DNA of 64,000 bases from Planctomycetota bacterium (GTDB lineage Bacteria; Planctomycetota; UBA1135; UBA2386): positions 141,992 to 205,991 of the forward strand of contig JBGCDH010000011.1 of the NCBI GenBank assembly GCA_045105235.1, read 5' to 3'. Below, piece after piece: positions 19,568 through 30,202 of this stretch. The notes below the pieces were generated by a model. The model was not told the DNA's origin and ran no database searches. It saw only the letters and a list, made by a program, of their open reading frames with translations. A program made the position numbers and the translations under genes. Position 1 is the first letter of the stretch. Every line of letters starts with the position of its first letter.

Positions 19568-20944
19568 ATGACCGCCACTGCAACCGATACCGCGCAGAGC
19601 CTGCAACAGCTCGCGCCCAACATCACGCCGAAGGTCAAGGACGGCGATCTCGCGAAAGCGCAGCTCGTCCTGATGGTCGGCGGCGCTGCCCTCGCGGGAG
19701 CCGGACTGTTCCTCGGACACAGCCACGGGCTGTCGTACCTGGTCGGCTACATGGGCGTGCTTGGCATCGCCCTCGGCGCCCTGTTCTTCACGATGATCCA
19801 GCACATCACCCGTGCTGGCTGGAGCGTGACGGTGCGACGACTCGCGGAGAACATCGCCGGAACGCTGCCGTTCCTGCTGCTGCTGTTCATCCCGATCGTG
19901 ATCAACTTTGACCACATCTACAGCCACTGGACGGATGCGGTCATCACGCTCAACGAGGACGGCACAGCACCTCCGGGCTACGATCCGATCATCGCGGGCA
20001 AGTCGGGCTTCCTGAACAAGGAGTTCTTCTTCATCCGCGTCGGCATCTACTTCGCGATCTGGATCGCCCTGGCGTTCTACTTCCGCGGTCAGTCGATCAA
20101 GCAAGATGAGACCGGCGATCCCAAGATCAGCCTGCGCCTTTCTAAGGTCGCGGCGCCGGGCCTGCTGCTGTTTGCCCTGTCGATCACCTTCGCGGCGTTC
20201 GATTGGATCATGTCGATCGACCCGCACTGGTTCTCGACGATCTTCGGCATCACCTACTTTGCCGGCGCGTTCATGTCGTTCTTGGCCTTCACGATCCTGA
20301 TCTCGCGCTACCTGCGCAGTCAGGGCTACTACGAAGGTGCGATCACGACCGAGCACGACCACGACCTCGGCAAGCTGATGTGGGCGTTCATGGTCTTCTG
20401 GACCTACACCAACTTCAGCCAATACATGCTGATCTGGTACGCCAACCTGCCGGAAGAGACGGCCTGGTTTGCCCACCGCGCCGAGCACGGCTGGGGTGCG
20501 ATCGGAACGATCCTGATCGTCGGCCACTTTGCCGTGCCGTTTGTCTTCCTGCTGTCGCGACACATGAAGCGCAGCAAGATCGTGCTGCCGATCGGCGCCG
20601 CGTTCATGCTGCTGATGCACTGCATCGACATGCAGTACCTGATCCTGCCGTCTGGCCTGCACGGCCATGGCGATGCAGCACACGGTAGCGCCGGACACGG
20701 TGGCGATGGCGGCGCAGCCGCAACGGTTGCGCAAGAAGCTGCCGAAAACGGCGGCGAGCACGGCCATAGCTTTGGCGCGATGCTCGGCGACTACTTCCAC
20801 ACGATGAGCTGGGCGGACTACGGCTGCTTTGTCGGCCTGCTGATGCTGCTCGGTGGCCTGACGCTGTTGAACGTGCGTCGCACCAACCTGATCCCGCTGC
20901 GCGATCCTCGCCTGAGCGAGTCGCTCCACTTCGAGAACTTCTAG
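19568..20944 (+). CDS. actF: Alternative Complex III subunit ActF (second NrfD-like membrane subunit)
   Basis: 458-aa polytopic membrane protein, a paralogue-like partner of ActC. It carries a His/Gly-rich insertion near its C-terminus (20660-20767). Confidence 0.85.
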   Translation: MTATATDTAQSLQQLAPNITPKVKDGDLAKAQLVLMVGGAALAGAGLFLGHSHGLSYLVGYMGVLGIALGALFFTMIQHITRAGWSVTVRRLAENIAGTLPFLLLLFIPIVINFDHIYSHWTDAVITLNEDGTAPPGYDPIIAGKSGFLNKEFFFIRVGIYFAIWIALAFYFRGQSIKQDETGDPKISLRLSKVAAPGLLLFALSITFAAFDWIMSIDPHWFSTIFGITYFAGAFMSFLAFTILISRYLRSQGYYEGAITTEHDHDLGKLMWAFMVFWTYTNFSQYMLIWYANLPEETAWFAHRAEHGWGAIGTILIVGHFAVPFVFLLSRHMKRSKIVLPIGAAFMLLMHCIDMQYLILPSGLHGHGDAAHGSAGHGGDGGAAATVAQEAAENGGEHGHSFGAMLGDYFHTMSWADYGCFVGLLMLLGGLTLLNVRRTNLIPLRDPRLSESLHFENF

Positions 20945-20956
20945 GAGCAAAGAACT

Positions 20957-21250
20957 ATGGACCACGCACCCGGAACAACTCACGAAGCGGTCGACCTCGA
21001 TCCCGAGAACGACATCGATGCCAAGTCGGCGACCCGCTGGGTCATCGGCGGCACCGTCGTGCTGTTTCTATCCCTTTGGCTGTTGGTGCCGATCTTCGTC
21101 CAGATCCAGGACTTTGAACACCGTCGCAAGGTGAACGAAGCCGAGACGCCCGAGATCGAAAATATCGTCGAAGCCGAGGAGTCGTTCCTCGGTGGCGAGA
21201 ACCCAACCAAGAAGGACATCGAGACGATCATCGACTCGATGCGCCGCTGA
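20957..21250 (+). CDS. Small single-TM protein between actF and sco (possible ACIII/oxidase accessory subunit)
   Basis: 97 aa with one TM helix (WVIGGTVVLFLSLWLLVPIFV), an acidic C-terminal tail and good GC3. It starts 12 nt after actF. The function is inferred from position only. Confidence 0.5.
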   Translation: MDHAPGTTHEAVDLDPENDIDAKSATRWVIGGTVVLFLSLWLLVPIFVQIQDFEHRRKVNEAETPEIENIVEAEESFLGGENPTKKDIETIIDSMRR

Positions 21251-21272
21251 TCCCGTCCTAAGCAGTCCTGCT

Positions 21273-22223
21273 ATGAACCGCCTTCTCCACACGCTTCGCC
21301 GACCCGCCGCAGCCATCGCTCTCGCAGCGCTGCTGCCGGTGCACGCGGACGCATTGGCCCAAGCAACGGGGCCCGGTCACTCGCCAACGCGTGATCTCGA
21401 GATGGTGGACGAAGGCGCGAACCAGATCGACAAGATCGGCGTCATGGTCGATCGCGAGCTGCAGTTTACCGACGAGCGCGGCTACCCGTTCCAGCTCAAG
21501 CAGCTGTTCCCGGGCAAGCAACCCGTCGTGCTGATGCTGGGTTACTACCAGTGCCCGTCGATGTGTGGCCAGGTGCTTGGCGCAGCCTTTGACGCGCTCA
21601 ACGAAGTCGACCTGCAGCCCGGTGAGGACTACCGCATCCTCAACGTCTCGGTCGATCCCAAGGAGACCGCCGAGATCGCGGCAAACCGCAAGGCCGTGTT
21701 CTTGCGCCGCCTGCTCAAGACCGGCGGCGAAAAGGCGTGGAACGTGCTCGTTGGCGACAAGGCCAACACCTCGGCGCTGGCCGACAGCGTCGGCTTCAAG
21801 TTCTACTGGTCGGAAGCAACCGGCCAGTTCGCGCACCCGCCGTCGCTGATGTTCCTGACCCCGGAAGGCAAGCTCAGCCGGGTCATCGTGAACACCTACT
21901 TCGAACCCGACGACGTGCGCCTCGCGCTGGTCGAAGCCAGCGAAGGCAACCTCGGAACCTTCTGGGATCAGGTCAAATTGAACTGTCTGACCTTTGATCC
22001 TCGGACCAACTCGTACTCCCTTGCTGCTATGACGCTGATGCGCGTCGGCGGCGCCATCACTGTTGTCGTTCTGGCGGTGATGATTTGGCTGATGCTGCGC
22101 CGCGAGAAAAACGCGCGGGCGGCTGCAGCGTCTGTCTCGAACGCTTCCGTTTCGCCAGCCACCGGTGCCGATGCATCCGGTGACCTAGGCGGATCCGAAG
22201 TTGGCACATCGCAAGTGGGATAG
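21273..22223 (+). CDS. SCO1/SenC-family copper chaperone
   Basis: The internal ATG at 21273 gives MNRLLHTLRRPAAAIALAALLPVHADALA (signal). A thioredoxin-like CxxxC motif is present (YYQCPSMCGQV), plus a C-terminal TM helix. It sits directly upstream of cytochrome oxidase subunit II. Confidence 0.8.
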   Translation: MNRLLHTLRRPAAAIALAALLPVHADALAQATGPGHSPTRDLEMVDEGANQIDKIGVMVDRELQFTDERGYPFQLKQLFPGKQPVVLMLGYYQCPSMCGQVLGAAFDALNEVDLQPGEDYRILNVSVDPKETAEIAANRKAVFLRRLLKTGGEKAWNVLVGDKANTSALADSVGFKFYWSEATGQFAHPPSLMFLTPEGKLSRVIVNTYFEPDDVRLALVEASEGNLGTFWDQVKLNCLTFDPRTNSYSLAAMTLMRVGGAITVVVLAVMIWLMLRREKNARAAAASVSNASVSPATGADASGDLGGSEVGTSQVG

Positions 22224-22248
22224 GATCCTGCTGCACCAGCTCCCGACG

Positions 22249-23328
22249 ATGACGAACGCAACTGTGCTCAACCTTTTGATCCAAGACCCGCAGAAGCCCG
22301 AGCCCCCACCGTGGGCCGACACGCCGACGCCGAAGATTGACGAGTATGGCCAGCTCCAAGAGCTGGCCAGCACGTTCGATCACGTCGACGGGCTGTTCTA
22401 CTTCACCTACGCGGTCTGCATCTTCTTCTTCGTGGTGATCACCGCCGTGCTGCTCTACAGCTGCGTGGCGCACCGCCGGAAGACGTGGGATCAAAAGCCC
22501 CTGTCGAACGTCACGCACAACACGCCGCTCGAGGTCGTCTGGACGGTGATCCCGCTGATCATCGTCATGGTCATGTTCGCGTGGGGCTTCAAGGGCTCAC
22601 TCGACATGACGACGGTGCCGCACGAAGCGCAGCGCAACACCTACAAAGCGCACGCGCAGCAGTGGGCCTGGACGTTCACCTACCCCGACGGCAGCAGCTC
22701 GATTGGCGAAGTCTGGGTCGAAGAGAAGAAGGCCGTGCAGTTCTACCTGCAGTCGACCGACGTGCTGCACGCGTTCTACGTGCCGGCCATGCGCGTCAAG
22801 CGCGACGTCGTGCCGGGTCGTTACCAGACCGTTTGGTTTGAGCCGACCAAGAAGGGCACCTACCACCTGTTCTGCGCCGAGTACTGCGGCAACAGCCACA
22901 GCCGGATGTATGCCAAGGTGCACGTCGTCGACGCCGCGACCATGGAGAAGCAACCGTGGAACCAGTGGCCAGCGGACGACGCACCACTCGAAGACCTCGT
23001 CGCTGCTGGCGGCGGCCTGGCCAAGAAGCTCTGCTCCACGTGCCACAGCTTTGACGGCTCCAAGGGCATCGGCCCAAGCTGGAAGGGCCTCTTTACCAAG
23101 AACGCTGACGGTTCCCTGACCGGACGCCAGCGCCGCGTGCTCGCCGACGGTGAGGAGATCACCATCACGACCGACGATGCCTACATTCGCGAGTCGATCG
23201 CGATGCCGAACGCCAAGATTGTCTGCGAGGAGCCCTACAACCTCGGCGGCATGAAGTCCTTTGACTATCTCGAAGAGAAGAAGGTCAACGGCATCCTGGC
23301 GTTCATGAAGTCGCTTGCCGACGAGTAA
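22249..23328 (+). CDS. coxB: Cytochrome c oxidase subunit II with fused C-terminal cytochrome c domain (caa3-type)
   Basis: Two TM helices, the CuA motif FCAEYCGNSHSRM, and a C-terminal CSTCH heme c motif. The ATG at 22249 is preferred over the TTG at 22201, which overlaps sco. Confidence 0.9.
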   Translation: MTNATVLNLLIQDPQKPEPPPWADTPTPKIDEYGQLQELASTFDHVDGLFYFTYAVCIFFFVVITAVLLYSCVAHRRKTWDQKPLSNVTHNTPLEVVWTVIPLIIVMVMFAWGFKGSLDMTTVPHEAQRNTYKAHAQQWAWTFTYPDGSSSIGEVWVEEKKAVQFYLQSTDVLHAFYVPAMRVKRDVVPGRYQTVWFEPTKKGTYHLFCAEYCGNSHSRMYAKVHVVDAATMEKQPWNQWPADDAPLEDLVAAGGGLAKKLCSTCHSFDGSKGIGPSWKGLFTKNADGSLTGRQRRVLADGEEITITTDDAYIRESIAMPNAKIVCEEPYNLGGMKSFDYLEEKKVNGILAFMKSLADE

Positions 23329-23367
23329 CCCAACGACACCCGAGAAGCACACAACGAGGCAATAGAC

Positions 23368-25026
23368 ATGACCACGAACACTCCGGTCGTCGAAACCACC
23401 GAACCCGTCGTCAAGGCGCCGCGCGAGGACTACCTGAACTGCTCCAGCGGCTTCAAGTCCTGGGCGGGCACACTCGATCACAAGCGGATCGGGCTCATGT
23501 ATCTGATTGGGGTCGGCATCGCCTTCCTCTCGGGTGGCCTCTTTGCCCTGCTGGTGCGTCTGCACCTGTGGGAGCCGGAGGGCATGCTGTTCACCAACGC
23601 GCAGTACAACCAGATCTTCACGCTGCACGGCGCCTTCATGGTGTTCTTGTTCGTGATCCCGGCGATCCCTGGATCGCTCGGCAACATGGTGCTGCCGCTG
23701 ATGGTGGGGGCGAAGGACGTGGCCTTGCCGCGCCTCAACCTGCTCAGCTTCTACCTGTGGCTGACCGGCGCCATCCTCGCTGCCCTGGCCATCGTGCTCG
23801 GCGGCTTTGATACGGGCTGGACCTTCTACGCGCCGTACTCGCTCTACACGAACCAGGCAGTCCTGACGATCGGCATCGCGATCTTCATCCTGGGCTTCAG
23901 CTCGATCTTTACCGGGCTGAACTTCATCGTGACGGTGCACAAGCTGCGCGCGCCGGGCATGACCTGGTTCCGCATGCCGCTGTTCGTCTGGGCTCTCTAC
24001 GCCACGTCGATCCTGCAGGTGCTGGCCACGCCAGTGCTCGGTATCACGGTGCTCCTGGTCGCGTTCGAACGCCTCTACAACATCGGCATCTTCGACCCGC
24101 GCCTCGGCGGCGACCCGGTGCTGTTCGAGCACTTCTTCTGGTTCTACAGCCACCCGGCCGTCTACATCATGGTGCTGCCGGCCTTCGGCATCATCAGTGA
24201 GCTGGTTACGGTGCACAGCCGCAAGCCGCTGTTCGGCTACAAGCTGATCGCGTTCTCGTCCCTGGCGATTGCGATCATCAGCTTCCTCGTGTGGGGCCAC
24301 CACATGTTCACGTCGGGTCAGTCGACCTACGCGATGTTCGCGTTCTCCTTCCTGACCTTCTTCGTGGCCATCCCGACGGCCATCAAGGAGTTCAGCTGGG
24401 TGGCAACGGTGTGGAAGGGCTCGGTAGCCCTCAACTCACCGATGCTCTACACGCTGGCCTTCCTGATCATCTTTGCGATCGGCGGCCTGACCGGCGTCAT
24501 CCTCGGCGCGCTCAACGTCGACCTCCACCTGCACGACACCTACTTCGTCGTGGCCCACTTCCACTACGTGATGATGGGTTCGATCGCGCTGGCGTTCTTT
24601 GCCGGCCTGCACCACTGGTGGCCGAAGATGTTCGGCAAGATGTACAACGAGGTGCTCGCCAAGATCGCCTGCTTGCTCATCTTCGTCGGCTTCAACGCGA
24701 CCTTCCTGCCACAGTTCGTCATGGGTAGCCGCGGCATGCCGCGTCGCTACGCGACCTACGTGCCGGAATACATGCCCTACCACCAAGCCTCGACGATCGG
24801 AGCCATCGTGCTCGGCACCGGCGTGGCGCTGATGGTCTTCTACCTGGTTGCCTCGCTGTTCAACGGCAAGAAGGCCAAGGAGAACCAGTGGGGCGGTGTC
24901 ACGCTCGACTGGCACACGCAGACGCCACCTCCGCACCTCAACTTCGACGAGGAGCCCAAGGTGGTGCACGAGGTCTACGACTACTCCACGCTCGACTACG
25001 AGTCGATGCAGCGCGACGCGACGTAG
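23368..25026 (+). CDS. coxA: Cytochrome c oxidase subunit I
   Basis: 552 aa with canonical heme-copper oxidase blocks ([40 protein letters not shown]). Confidence 0.95.
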   Translation: MTTNTPVVETTEPVVKAPREDYLNCSSGFKSWAGTLDHKRIGLMYLIGVGIAFLSGGLFALLVRLHLWEPEGMLFTNAQYNQIFTLHGAFMVFLFVIPAIPGSLGNMVLPLMVGAKDVALPRLNLLSFYLWLTGAILAALAIVLGGFDTGWTFYAPYSLYTNQAVLTIGIAIFILGFSSIFTGLNFIVTVHKLRAPGMTWFRMPLFVWALYATSILQVLATPVLGITVLLVAFERLYNIGIFDPRLGGDPVLFEHFFWFYSHPAVYIMVLPAFGIISELVTVHSRKPLFGYKLIAFSSLAIAIISFLVWGHHMFTSGQSTYAMFAFSFLTFFVAIPTAIKEFSWVATVWKGSVALNSPMLYTLAFLIIFAIGGLTGVILGALNVDLHLHDTYFVVAHFHYVMMGSIALAFFAGLHHWWPKMFGKMYNEVLAKIACLLIFVGFNATFLPQFVMGSRGMPRRYATYVPEYMPYHQASTIGAIVLGTGVALMVFYLVASLFNGKKAKENQWGGVTLDWHTQTPPPHLNFDEEPKVVHEVYDYSTLDYESMQRDAT

Positions 25027-25129
25027 ACCCACCCCCATCCATGCCACGCGGTGACTCCACTCATCGCGCGGCAGCTAGCATTTTTGCCCACAGCCCATCC
25101 CATGGGCACTTTCGCTACAGAGACGATTC

Positions 25130-25864
25130 ATGAGCCACGATGATCACCACGCGGTCGTGATTCCTGCCCCAGGGCCGGAGTTCGTGCCGCACGAGGTGGC
25201 GCACCACTTCAAGACGCCGGTGCAGGAGTTCCAAGCCGGCAAGCTCGGCTTCTGGTTGTTCCTCGCGACGGAAATCCTGCTCTTCGGCGGGTTGTTCGCG
25301 GCGTACTTCTACTACCACGAGCTCTACCCCGAGACCTTTGTCGTCGGCGGGCAGCAGCTCGATTGGCGGCTTGGCGCGCTCAACACTTCGGTGCTTCTTC
25401 TCAGCTCTTGGACCATGGCCATGGGTGTGCGCTCCGCGCAGACCAGCCAGAAGAGCAAGACGCTGATGTACCTGACGCTGACCGTGCTGGGCGCGGTGGG
25501 CTTCATGGTCATCAAGTTCATCGAGTACAAGGCGAAGAACGACCACGGCCTGATCGAGTTCGGCCACCTGTTCGACGGCTACAATGAGAACACCGGCCAG
25601 CTCTCGTGGTTTAGCGACCACGAAGGCGTGATGGCTGGGCTGCCGCACGGCCATATGTTCTTCGCCATCTACCTGACGATGACCGCGATCCACGGATTGC
25701 ACGTCATCATCGGCGCTGGCTTGATCATCTGGGTCATGTTCGGCACGGCAAAGGGGCGCTTCCACGCCGGCTACTTCCTGCCAGTTGACCTTGTGGGCCT
25801 CTACTGGCACCTGGTCGACCTGATCTGGATCTTCCTGTTCCCACTGCTCTATCTGGTGCCCTGA
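25130..25864 (+). CDS. coxC: Cytochrome c oxidase subunit III
   Basis: 244-aa membrane protein with GFWLFLATEILLFGGLF and YWHLVDLIWIFLFPLLYL blocks. Confidence 0.9.
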   Translation: MSHDDHHAVVIPAPGPEFVPHEVAHHFKTPVQEFQAGKLGFWLFLATEILLFGGLFAAYFYYHELYPETFVVGGQQLDWRLGALNTSVLLLSSWTMAMGVRSAQTSQKSKTLMYLTLTVLGAVGFMVIKFIEYKAKNDHGLIEFGHLFDGYNENTGQLSWFSDHEGVMAGLPHGHMFFAIYLTMTAIHGLHVIIGAGLIIWVMFGTAKGRFHAGYFLPVDLVGLYWHLVDLIWIFLFPLLYLVP

Positions 25865-26280
25865 TGTCCGATCACGCTGCTGCAACTTCTACCGGCGATG
25901 GGCACGGTGAGCTCGACATGGGCCACCACCATGTCTCCAGCTCGGCGATGTTCTTCAACATCCTGCTGGCGCTGCTGTTCTTGACGTTCGTCACGGTCGC
26001 CGTGTCGCGCTTTGACTTCGGCTCGCTCAACATGCTGATCGCGATGGGCATCGCGAGCGTCAAGGCCGCGCTGGTCATCGCGTTCTTCATGCACGTGAAG
26101 TGGGACACGGCGATCAACAAGATCGTCTTCCTGAGCTCGTTCCTGTTTCTGTCGCTGCTGTTCATCTTCACGTTGGCCGATCAGCTGACGCGTCGCCTCG
26201 ACCACGAACTGCACACGATGAAGGCACCAGTCGACAGCGGCTGGGTGCACCCAAGCATGCTGCCAGAACGGAACCACTAA
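25864..26280 (+). CDS. Cytochrome c oxidase subunit IV family protein
   Basis: The ATG overlaps the coxC stop (TGATG). The protein has three TM helices and a KAALVIAFFMHVKWD motif typical of bacterial subunit IV (CtaF/QoxD-like). Confidence 0.75.
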   Translation: MSDHAAATSTGDGHGELDMGHHHVSSSAMFFNILLALLFLTFVTVAVSRFDFGSLNMLIAMGIASVKAALVIAFFMHVKWDTAINKIVFLSSFLFLSLLFIFTLADQLTRRLDHELHTMKAPVDSGWVHPSMLPERNH

Positions 26281-26359
26281 GCTGCACGCCGCCTATCTGC
26301 ACTCTCGCCGTCCTGCCGACGCGCGGCTCGCTCTCTGGTCCGACGATGGCGTCGAGGCC

Positions 26360-29293
26360 GTGCGCGCTGCGTTGCCGGCTGCCGTTGTGTCCGCATCGAA
26401 AAAGCTCGACGCACAGCTTCTGCTGGCGACCGAGGAGAGTTCGCTGCTGCCGCTGACCGCGCTTCCCGAGACACAAAATCCAGAGACGGACGCCGGCGAG
26501 AGTTCGCCGTCCACGGGGTCATCCGCCACGGGGTCGTCAGCCACCGGGTCGCCGACCGCTGAGGCTCGTCCAGGCGACAGCCGGGGCGCTGCACGCGACG
26601 CCCGCAACAGCCGCATCGCACCGGCTCTGTGGACGATCCCGTCGGTGGGCATCCCGCTCGAGCAGGCCGTGCCGTGGCTGGCGTCGCTGGACCCAGCGGA
26701 CCAGCCGCCGGCTCTGCGCTTGCTGGCAAGCGCCAGCCAGCTCGTCCACAAGATGGTCAAGCGCGGTGACTACGCCAAGGCGCCCGAGGGCGTGCTGTCG
26801 TTTGTTCCCGTGTGGCAAGAAGACACCCAGTGGCTACTCGCCGCGCTGGCGGACCTGGTGCCCGGCTCGCTCTGCACCGCTCGCACTGCCGTTCCCGACG
26901 ATCCGGTCTACGCGGTCACGCAGCGCAACCTCGTCGTCAGCTTTGTCGGCCATGCACTCGATCGCCTCGCGATCCTCGCCGAGCAAGCCGCCGTCGCGGC
27001 GCAAACCGACGAGACGGATCGTTCGGTAGGCCCTCTACACGAGACGGCCGAACGCCTGCCGCGCGAGTTCTGGCAGACGCCGATGATGCCGGTGCTCGAG
27101 ATCCTGGTGCCCGACCAGCCGCTCGAAGAAGGTGTCCCGTGGGGGCTATCGATCCTGGTGCGCCCCGTGCCAACGATCGCCTACACCGAGACCATCGAGA
27201 GCCTGCACCAACGTCTGCAGGCCTCCCCGTTCAGCAACGAGATTGCCGCAGAGAGCGTGCACCGCGTCGAGGACACTCTCGATCGCGTTGCCGAGAAGCT
27301 GCCGGCCCTGCGCCGCGCCCGCAACCTCAGCGACGGCAGAGCCAGCCTGACCCGCCAAGAACTCGACCAGATCCTCGATCACATCCCGCTTCTCGAAGCA
27401 GAGGGGTTCGAGATCACGCTGCCAGGCGTAGAGGCCATGGAGCGCCTGTCGGCGCGCGTGGCAATCATCGAGATCAAGGGTCAAGACGACGACCCACGGC
27501 CGTGGTTCGAGTTCAAATGGAGCCTCGCGCTTGGCGAGCAGGAGCTCGATCAGTCGCAGTTCGAACAGCTCGTCGACGCCAAGACGCCGCTGGTCTTCAT
27601 CGACAACCGCCCGGTGCTTCTCTCCCCGAAGGACCGCGAAGCGCTCAAGGACTTCAAGAAGCGCATGCTCGACGGCGGCGAGCGCATCAGCTTCTTCGAG
27701 GCACTGCGTCTCCGCCTCGGCGGCGCCTCGCACCTGCACGGCCTCGCGATGGAGTCGATTGCGAGCACGCCGCGCCTTGAGCACCTGCTGCAAAACCTTG
27801 AGCGCATTCGCGCCGTGGAAAACCGCGAGGTACCGGTCGAGTTCCAAGGCGAGCTGCGCCCGTACCAGAGCAGAGGCCACGCCTGGATGCACTTCCTCGT
27901 CGACCAAGGCTTTGGCGCCTGTCTCGCCGACGACATGGGTCTCGGTAAGACGATCCAGGCCATCACGGTGATGCTGGACTGGCGCAAGCAGCGCAACAGC
28001 AAGGCCGCGATCCTGATCGTCTGCCCGGTCTCGGTGCTCGGCAACTGGCGGCGCGAGCTCAACAAGTTTGCGCCGAGCATGCGCGTCACGCTGCACCACG
28101 GGAAGGGTCGCGCCAACACGGTCGACAGCTTTCGCCAAACGCTCGCCGACAACGACATCGTGCTGACGAGCTACAACCTGCTGCAGCGCGACGAAGAGAT
28201 CATGCAGGAGGTCACGTTTGATGGCGTGGTCCTCGATGAAGCGCAGAACATCAAGAACCCGACGACGCGGCAGTCCAAAGTTGCCCGCACGCTCAAGGGT
28301 CACTTCCGGCTGGCGCTGACCGGCACGCCACTCGAAAACCGACCGCTCGACCTCGGGTCGATCATGGACTTCCTGAACGAAGGCCTGCTTGGTTCGCGCA
28401 CACAGTTTACGCAGACGCTCGAACACCCGATCGTCAAGCAGCGCCGTCAGGGATCGATGTCGGCACTCGCGCGCCTGGTTCGGCCCTTCGTGCTGCGCCG
28501 CCTCAAGACCGACCCCGAGATCGTCGCCGACCTGCCCGAAAAGACCGAACAGATCGTCACGGCAACGCTCAGCCGCGAGCAAGCGATCCTCTACGAGTCG
28601 GTCGTTCGCAAGGGTCTGCAGGAAGTCGAGAAGGCCGGCGAAGGCATCCAGCGCCGCGGCGCCATCTTGACGACGCTGCTGCGCCTCAAGCAGGTCTGCA
28701 ACCACCCGGCCCACTACCTGATGGACGGCAGTTCGCTGCCGAGCCGCTCGGGCAAGATGGACCTGATGGCCGAGATGATCGAAGAGTCGATGGAGGAAGG
28801 CGACCGCAGCCTGATCTTCACGCAGTTCAAGGAGATGGGCTCCTTGCTCAAGACGCATTTCGAAAACGTCTACGGCCAGCAGGTGCTGTTCTTGCACGGT
28901 GGCATCAGCCAGAAGGAACGCGACCGCATGGTCACCGAGTTCCAGGAGTCGCGCCCCGACGGCCCGCGCGTCTTTGTGCTCTCGCTCAAGGCGGGTGGCA
29001 CCGGCCTCAACCTGACCGCCGCCAACCGCGTGTTCCACTTCGACCGCTGGTGGAACCCCGCCGTCGAAGACCAGGCGACCGACCGTGCGTTCCGCATCGG
29101 CCAGCAGCGCAACGTCTTTGTGCACAAGTTTGTTTGCTCCGGCACGCTCGAGGAGCGCATCCAGCAAATGCTCGATCGCAAACGCGAGGTCGCCGACGGC
29201 CTGCTCGCCGCCGGCGAAAACTGGATCACCGAACTCAGCAACGACGACCTCAAGCGTCTGCTCGTGCTCGACCGCAAGGAGGCGATGGCATGA
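26360..29293 (+). CDS. SNF2-family helicase/ATPase with a large N-terminal domain of unknown function
   Basis: Motifs present: LADDMGLGKTIQAI (I), DEAQNIKN (II), LTGTPLENR (III), and C-terminal GGTGLNLTAANRVFHFDRWWNPAVEDQATDRAFRIGQ. The start is a GTG at 26360 and is uncertain. The N-terminus has Ser/Thr/Gly 15-bp repeats (STGSSATGSSATGSP). Confidence 0.9.
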   Translation: MRAALPAAVVSASKKLDAQLLLATEESSLLPLTALPETQNPETDAGESSPSTGSSATGSSATGSPTAEARPGDSRGAARDARNSRIAPALWTIPSVGIPLEQAVPWLASLDPADQPPALRLLASASQLVHKMVKRGDYAKAPEGVLSFVPVWQEDTQWLLAALADLVPGSLCTARTAVPDDPVYAVTQRNLVVSFVGHALDRLAILAEQAAVAAQTDETDRSVGPLHETAERLPREFWQTPMMPVLEILVPDQPLEEGVPWGLSILVRPVPTIAYTETIESLHQRLQASPFSNEIAAESVHRVEDTLDRVAEKLPALRRARNLSDGRASLTRQELDQILDHIPLLEAEGFEITLPGVEAMERLSARVAIIEIKGQDDDPRPWFEFKWSLALGEQELDQSQFEQLVDAKTPLVFIDNRPVLLSPKDREALKDFKKRMLDGGERISFFEALRLRLGGASHLHGLAMESIASTPRLEHLLQNLERIRAVENREVPVEFQGELRPYQSRGHAWMHFLVDQGFGACLADDMGLGKTIQAITVMLDWRKQRNSKAAILIVCPVSVLGNWRRELNKFAPSMRVTLHHGKGRANTVDSFRQTLADNDIVLTSYNLLQRDEEIMQEVTFDGVVLDEAQNIKNPTTRQSKVARTLKGHFRLALTGTPLENRPLDLGSIMDFLNEGLLGSRTQFTQTLEHPIVKQRRQGSMSALARLVRPFVLRRLKTDPEIVADLPEKTEQIVTATLSREQAILYESVVRKGLQEVEKAGEGIQRRGAILTTLLRLKQVCNHPAHYLMDGSSLPSRSGKMDLMAEMIEESMEEGDRSLIFTQFKEMGSLLKTHFENVYGQQVLFLHGGISQKERDRMVTEFQESRPDGPRVFVLSLKAGGTGLNLTAANRVFHFDRWWNPAVEDQATDRAFRIGQQRNVFVHKFVCSGTLEERIQQMLDRKREVADGLLAAGENWITELSNDDLKRLLVLDRKEAMA

Positions 29294-30060
29294 GCGTCAC
29301 CGGAGAACGAAAGGCCATCTCGCTCGGCGAGCGCTGGCGGCGCGAAGCGACGCGCGACATCGAGGACCAGCGGCTCGCCGCTGCACTCGAGGCGCTGCCT
29401 TCGATCCGCAAACCCATGGTTCGCATCATCGCCGGCGGCATCCGCGCCGAGATGGAAGGTGCGATGGGCTCCATTCACGAGGTCAGCCTGCAGATCCGCA
29501 CGCTGCCCATGAAGGACTGGCCGACGCTGATCCGCGTGCTGCGCCGCAGCAAGTCGATCATCGAGGCACTGCAAAACGCTCGCGTGCCGCGCTCGTTCGA
29601 TCGCTTGGTCGCGCGCGTCATTGGCGAACCACTCTTTCCCGACGCGCGCAGTGTGACCTACGGGTGCTCTTGCGACCTACCGGAAGAGCCGTGCCGCCAC
29701 GTGCTGGCGCTGCACGAACTGTTTGCGCGGCGACTCGACGAGAAGCCCTGGGAGCTGTTGATGCTGCGCGGCGTCGACCTTCACCAGACGCTTGCCAAGG
29801 TCCAGCAAACCGAGCCGGATCACGACCTGCCGCCGCTTGCATACGGGGTCCCCGAGGAGCCCGTGCTCTACCCGGATGCAGAAGACGCGGACCTCGACCA
29901 GAGCTTGACCACGGCGCCGCTGCGCTGGCTGATCGGCGACGTCTCGCCGCGCGCCGTCGATGCCTGCCTCAAGGCCTTGGCAGAACTCTCGGACGCTCGG
30001 CCGCAGCCGTCAGAAGAGGCCGCCACGAGCGCCGACGACGAAACGACGCCAGCGTCTTGA
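29290..30060 (+). CDS. SWIM zinc-finger protein
   Basis: The ATG at 29290 overlaps the SNF2 stop (ATGA). The CxC...CxH motif YGCSCDLPEEPCRHVLALH is present. About 256 aa with an acidic tail. Confidence 0.75.
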   Translation: MSVTGERKAISLGERWRREATRDIEDQRLAAALEALPSIRKPMVRIIAGGIRAEMEGAMGSIHEVSLQIRTLPMKDWPTLIRVLRRSKSIIEALQNARVPRSFDRLVARVIGEPLFPDARSVTYGCSCDLPEEPCRHVLALHELFARRLDEKPWELLMLRGVDLHQTLAKVQQTEPDHDLPPLAYGVPEEPVLYPDAEDADLDQSLTTAPLRWLIGDVSPRAVDACLKALAELSDARPQPSEEAATSADDETTPAS

Positions 30061-30172
30061 TCGTGCCGGCGCGCGGCACGCGCGTCGTCCACGTGGCAGC
30101 TTGGGCCAGTGGGCATTCCTCGCTCTCGGCACTCGTCTCGGTCTCATCCGACAGCTCAGGCTGCCGACCGCT

Positions 30173-30202
30173 CTCCGCACGACAAGACTCCGCACGACAA
30201 GA
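30173..30202. repeat. 15-bp perfect tandem duplication (ctccgcacgacaaga x2) in the convergent gap between SWIM and pelG
   Basis: Read directly from the sequence: 30173-30187 is identical to 30188-30202. Confidence 0.9.

Noticed and set aside
26360..30060. SNF2 + SWIM as part of a known phage-defence system (for example a DISARM-like system)
   Set aside because: No accompanying methyltransferase, DUF1998, PLD-nuclease or other defence-signature gene is adjacent. The flanks are the oxidase operon and the pel operon. The pairing alone is insufficient.
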